Source: a virus
Lineage: Duplodnaviria > Caudoviricetes
IMG/VR virus record: IMGVR_UViG_3300017435_000003
Coordinates: 1,273 to 65,272 of that record
Length of the DNA stretch: 64,000 bases
Direction: 5' to 3' (one strand)
Each line of letters starts with the position of its first letter. Positions within the stretch are counted from its first letter, which is position 1. The translations under genes and the position numbers were made by a program. Under the pieces are notes generated by a model. The model was given only the letters and a program-made list of their open reading frames with translations, had not been told where the DNA came from and ran no database searches. This document shows positions 62,949 to 64,000 of the stretch, one piece after another.

Positions 62949-63896
62949 TCACTTCACGTCGGCGCTGATGAACGCAGTCGCGGACGCGGCCTTGGTGAAG
63001 CACCCGCTGGTGCTAAAGGCGATAGAAATGCCTGCCGAAAAGTATTCGGGCATCGATCGCATGTTCGTCTCGATGCCGGTATTCGCCGCGATAGGCATGC
63101 ACTTGACCGGAGTGACCGCGCCGTCTGCCGGGATTGTCGTGGAATTGAACACCAACAGGTAGCCGGCTGACCCGCCGGTCACGATGTTGACGCTGTAGAG
63201 GTTGCCCGGCGCTGCCTTTGCCACCAGGCCGGAAGCCACCGCCGCCGTCGCCGTCGGAACGATCGAGTTGCTCGCCGATGCGGTCGGCGTTGGCACGGTG
63301 AAGGTGCCATTGCCGTCCCCCCGCATCGCGAACACCGCGGTCCCGCTCCAGTTGTAGTTCAACACAGAGAGCGGGTCGGTGCCGAAAGTGTTGGTGGCGC
63401 GATTTTGGGCATAAAGCGCAACGGCGCCACCTTCTGCCACCGCGTTCGATCGACCGAGCAAGAGCGAGCGCAGGTTCCCGCCAATATCAAGCTGCACATC
63501 GGCTCGACTGCCGGTCGTGATGTTGCCGAGCGTGCCGCTGGTGCTGAATATGCCGGTGATCGGCACCGTTCCGCTCACGGCAACAGTTCCGCTCACCGGT
63601 TGGGTGGCAGGGAAATTCGTCACGGTGGTCGGCACCGGCGTTGCGCGGATCTGCGCATCAGTCACCGGACCGGACACCGGCTGGACCGATGGGAAGTTCG
63701 ATACCGTGACGCTGCTGGCCGTGCCGCCACCAGAAGCGCAGGCGACGAACGCGGATCCACTCCAGCAGCGCTGGGTCACTGGCTGCGGGTTGTCGGGCGA
63801 GATCGGTTTGCCCGGCAGGAACGGCTGCGCAAACGCGGGGAACGCGGCCGCGAGCATCAGCCCCGCCGCCAGGATCATGGTCCGTACAGCTTTCAT
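62949..63896 (-). CDS. Signal-peptide protein with virion-like NFPxxQPVSG repeats
   Basis: GGAGG RBS, ATG 63896; MKAVRTMILAAGLMLAAAFPAFAQ with an AFA cleavage site. Confidence 0.75.
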   Translation of the reverse strand: MKAVRTMILAAGLMLAAAFPAFAQPFLPGKPISPDNPQPVTQRCWSGSAFVACASGGGTASSVTVSNFPSVQPVSGPVTDAQIRATPVPTTVTNFPATQPVSGTVAVSGTVPITGIFSTSGTLGNITTGSRADVQLDIGGNLRSLLLGRSNAVAEGGAVALYAQNRATNTFGTDPLSVLNYNWSGTAVFAMRGDGNGTFTVPTPTASASNSIVPTATAAVASGLVAKAAPGNLYSVNIVTGGSAGYLLVFNSTTIPADGAVTPVKCMPIAANTGIETNMRSMPEYFSAGISIAFSTSGCFTKAASATAFISADVK

Positions 63897-63944
63897 CGGT
63901 GGCCTCCAGCCAGTTGAGGTGCACGAAGTATCATGACGGGCCGT

Positions 63945-63955
63945 TGCTGTTAATA
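63945..63955 (-). promoter_or_regulatory. TATTAACAGCA motif, candidate phage promoter -10 element
   Basis: Same 11-mer lies upstream of the gene starting at 16435; here it is about 49 nt upstream of ATG 63896. Confidence 0.4.
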
Positions 63956-64000
63956 GCGGTGGATTTTCGACGGTCACTCGCCTTTCCAGCGGTCTCCCAC

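Noticed and set aside
1-64000. tRNA, rRNA, integrase/att site, CRISPR array, IS element
   Set aside because: None recognised by eye; tRNAscan-SE and att searches were not run, so short elements could be missed

Overview
The whole window is tailed dsDNA phage (or prophage) DNA, GC-rich and probably infecting an alphaproteobacterium (host is inferred, Sphingomonadaceae-like). It starts mid-gene and shows no host genes, integrase or CI-type repressor. There are four transcription blocks. (1) Plus strand, 1-11.5 kb: early/accessory genes including a sliding clamp fusion, an ATP-dependent ligase and a C5 methyltransferase. (2) Minus strand, 11.6-49.9 kb, read right to left: Cro-like HTH, GapR-like, RuvC-like, MT-A70, DnaB, replication initiator with iterons, lambda-like terminase/portal/S49 protease/decoration/major capsid, siphovirus tail with a -1 frameshifted chaperone, tape measure, tail tip/fibre, lysis cassette, tailspike and a GH74-like propeller. 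(3) Plus strand, 50.1-62.4 kb: RecT, HU, DUF5131, ASCH, adenine MTase, DnaG-like primase, acyl carrier protein, nuclease and SNF2 helicase. (4) Minus strand, 62.4-64 kb: two signal-peptide proteins. The strongest unexplained signal is three type II hammerhead ribozymes (106-174, 1050-1113, 2687-2757). Each has an intact core, covarying stems and a covarying loop I/3'-tail pseudoknot, and each sits between a stop codon and the next start, so the early mRNA appears to cut itself into segments. Other highlights are a candidate countertranscribed RNA in the leader of the replication initiator, twin 29-aa membrane micropeptides, a direct repeat flanking the depolymerase cassette, and a phage ACP. 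All protein family calls come from motif recognition by eye, not from database searches.
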